Source: Squalus acanthias | Taxonomy: Eukaryota | DNA length: 64,000 nt | NCBI GenBank assembly: GCA_030390025.1 | Contig: CM059433.1 | Span: 11,348,001-11,412,000, forward strand | Direction of reading: 5' to 3' | Part shown: one piece after another, positions 61,928 through 64,000 of the stretch | Layout of the letters: each line of letters opens with the position of its first letter | Position numbering within the stretch: the first letter of the stretch is position 1 | Program-made: the position numbers and the translations under genes | The notes under the pieces: generated by a model | The model's input: the letters and a program-made list of their open reading frames with translations, nothing else | Databases searched by the model: none | Told to the model about the DNA's origin: nothing

Positions 61928-62675
61928 TGACTGTAGATTGTTTTTCCTTGCTGCTTATAAGAGATAAACTGATTTAAAATGCACTACTTTCACTTTAAAT
62001 TTCATGAATATTTAACATTCAGTAAAAATGTAGAATCTAAAATAGCATTTGAGGGAGGATTTTATCATGCACCACACTATTTACATTAATAACATATCAA
62101 TATGGCAACTTACATGAAAGGAATTATGTAAATGCATTTTGAGTGAGTTGTAAGGGAGAGTTACAATCTTGGGAGTTTCATGTGTTGAAAGCTTTAACAG
62201 TAGCCAACACCAGCAAAAGAAAATTCATTGGTTGTTCATCTCATTGGTATTGGTGGGACCTTGCGATGTGCAAATTGGCTGTTGTGTTTTCCTACATAAC
62301 AACAGCAGGTACTTAAAGTAAATTAATTGGCTGTGAAGCGCTCGGAGACATCCTGAGGATGTGAATGGTGCTACATAAATGCAAGTGATTTCTTAGGCCT
62401 TTGCACCGAAATAACAAACATGTTATGCTATATAATAAGATAGGGGCTATTCAGGTTATTTAATAGCGACTTTCAATTATACGGGTACAGTAGCCTAGTG
62501 GCTATGGTGCTAGACGTACAACCAGCACTCCTGAATTCAAATCCGACCTCGGCAAATTGGGAAATAAATCTGGCAATTTCTGAGTTGGCCCCGATAAAAT
62601 AACCATGAAAGCTGTTAGATTTTTGCGAAACCCCAATAATTTCAATAATGTCCTGCAAGTGTCAGCTGTGACTCA

Positions 62676-63355
62676 TAGAAACATAGAAACATAGAAAAAT
62701 AGGAGCAGGAGTAGGCCATTCGGCCCTTCGAGCCTGCTCCGCCATTCAATATGATCATGGCTGATCCTCTATCTCAATACCATATTCCCGCTCTCTCCCC
62801 ATACCCCTTGACGCCTTTTGTGTCTAGAAATCTATCTATCTCCTTCTTAAATATATTCAGTGACTTGGCCTCCACAGCCTTCTGTGGTAGAGAATTCCAC
62901 AGGTTCACCACCCTCTGAGTGAAGAAATTTCTCCTCATCTCAGTCCTAAATGTCCTACCCCGTATCCTGAGACTGTGACCCCTCGTTCTAGACCCCCCAG
63001 CCGGGGGAAACGTCCTCCCTGCATCCAGTCTGTCTAGTCCTGTCAGAATTTTATACGTTTCAATGAGATCCCCTCTCATTCTTCTAAACTTTAGTGAATA
63101 CAGGCCTAGTCGACCCAATCTCTCCTCATACAACAGTCCTGCCATCCCAGGAATCAGTCTGGTGAACCTTCGCTGCACTCCCTCTATGGCAAGTATATCC
63201 TTTCTTAGGTAAGGAGACCAAAACTGCACACAGTACTCCAGGTGTGGTCTCACCAAGGCCCTGTATAACTGTAGTAAGACATCCTTGACCCTGTACTCAA
63301 ATCCTCTTGCAATGAAGGCCAACATACCATTTGCCTTCCTAACTGCTTGCTGCAC
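62676..63355 (-). mobile_element. CR1 LINE 3' fragment
   Basis: KANGMLAFIARG...LVRPHLEYCVQFW...GERAGIWY; (catagaaa)n tail. Confidence 0.93.
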
Positions 63356-63600
63356 CTGTGGACATATTGAAGCAGAGTCCAGTAGTGGAAGCAGTTGTGC
63401 AATGGGCATCGGTGTTGTTGTCTTTCGGGATGGCAATACCTCTGTACCCTTGTGCGCCTCTTTAACCTGCAGGTTATCTTGCAACAGGCAACACAAGTCG
63501 CTCACTGCCTCCCTGCAGAAGTGTAACCTCATCAGTTATTGCTCTTCAGTTAAGCCAAATAATGATTGGCGCAGCCTGTATACATGATCGGGAGGGTAAG
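63356..63600 (-). pseudogene. Harbinger transposase N-terminal remnant
   Basis: MRLHFCREAVSDLCCLLQDNLQ resembles [22 protein letters not shown] of copy B. Confidence 0.55.
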
Positions 63601-63657
63601 GCCATCTGCGATCAATCCACATCACACTCCCCGTTTCCCTTTCCCTACTCCTCCTCT

Positions 63658-64000
63658 AAAGAAAGAAAAGAATGAAAGAACCTGGATTTATATGGCACAT
63701 TTCACGACCTCGGGACATCCCAAAGCGCTTTACAGCTAGCGAATTCCTTTTGATGTGTCGTCGTCGTTGCAATGTAAGAAATGCAACAGCCAAATTAGTG
63801 CACAGCAAGGTCCCACAAACAGCAATGAAATCATGACCAGATAATCTGTTTTAGTGATGTTGGTTGAGGGATAAATATTGGTCAGGACACCAGGGAGAAC
63901 TCCCCTGAATTTCTTCGAAATAGTGCCTTGGGATCATTTACGTCCACCCAAGAGGTCAGACAGGGCCTCGGTTTAATGTTTCATTCAAAAGCCGGCACCT
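63658..64000 (-). mobile_element. Deu-SINE (runs off the window end)
   Basis: Tail and Deu core motifs. Confidence 0.8.

Noticed and set aside
62774..63532. 252-aa Harbinger-CR1 fusion protein
   Set aside because: Fortuitous in-frame junction of a truncated CR1 with a decayed transposase remnant; no complete domain.

Overview
Eukaryotic, repeat-dense DNA. The repeat mix points to a cartilaginous fish (shark): Deu-domain SacSINE1-like SINEs, CR1, L2, RTE, Tx1 and Penelope-like retroelements. No intact host protein-coding gene is visible, and essentially all informative ORFs are transposon-derived. The main structure is a pair of near-full-length, two-gene PIF/Harbinger DNA transposons in inverted orientation (23234-28029 and 33738-39222). 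Each carries a HARBI1-like DDE transposase and a convergent 3-exon Myb/SANT gene. The second copy has a perfect TAA target-site duplication (TSD) and three-level nesting (Harbinger > CR1 > MITE). Other notable items: a 1.46-kb TG...CA solo LTR with a 4-bp TSD; several Penelope-type minimal hammerhead ribozyme motifs, including a 97-bp insert with a 13-bp TSD; a candidate 12-nt microexon (12025-12036, + strand), suggesting the window is intronic; a 1.6-kb 16-mer minisatellite with higher-order structure inside a MITE; and a tail-less internal RTE fragment flanked by a 9-bp duplication. Boundaries were read by eye and identities are estimates.
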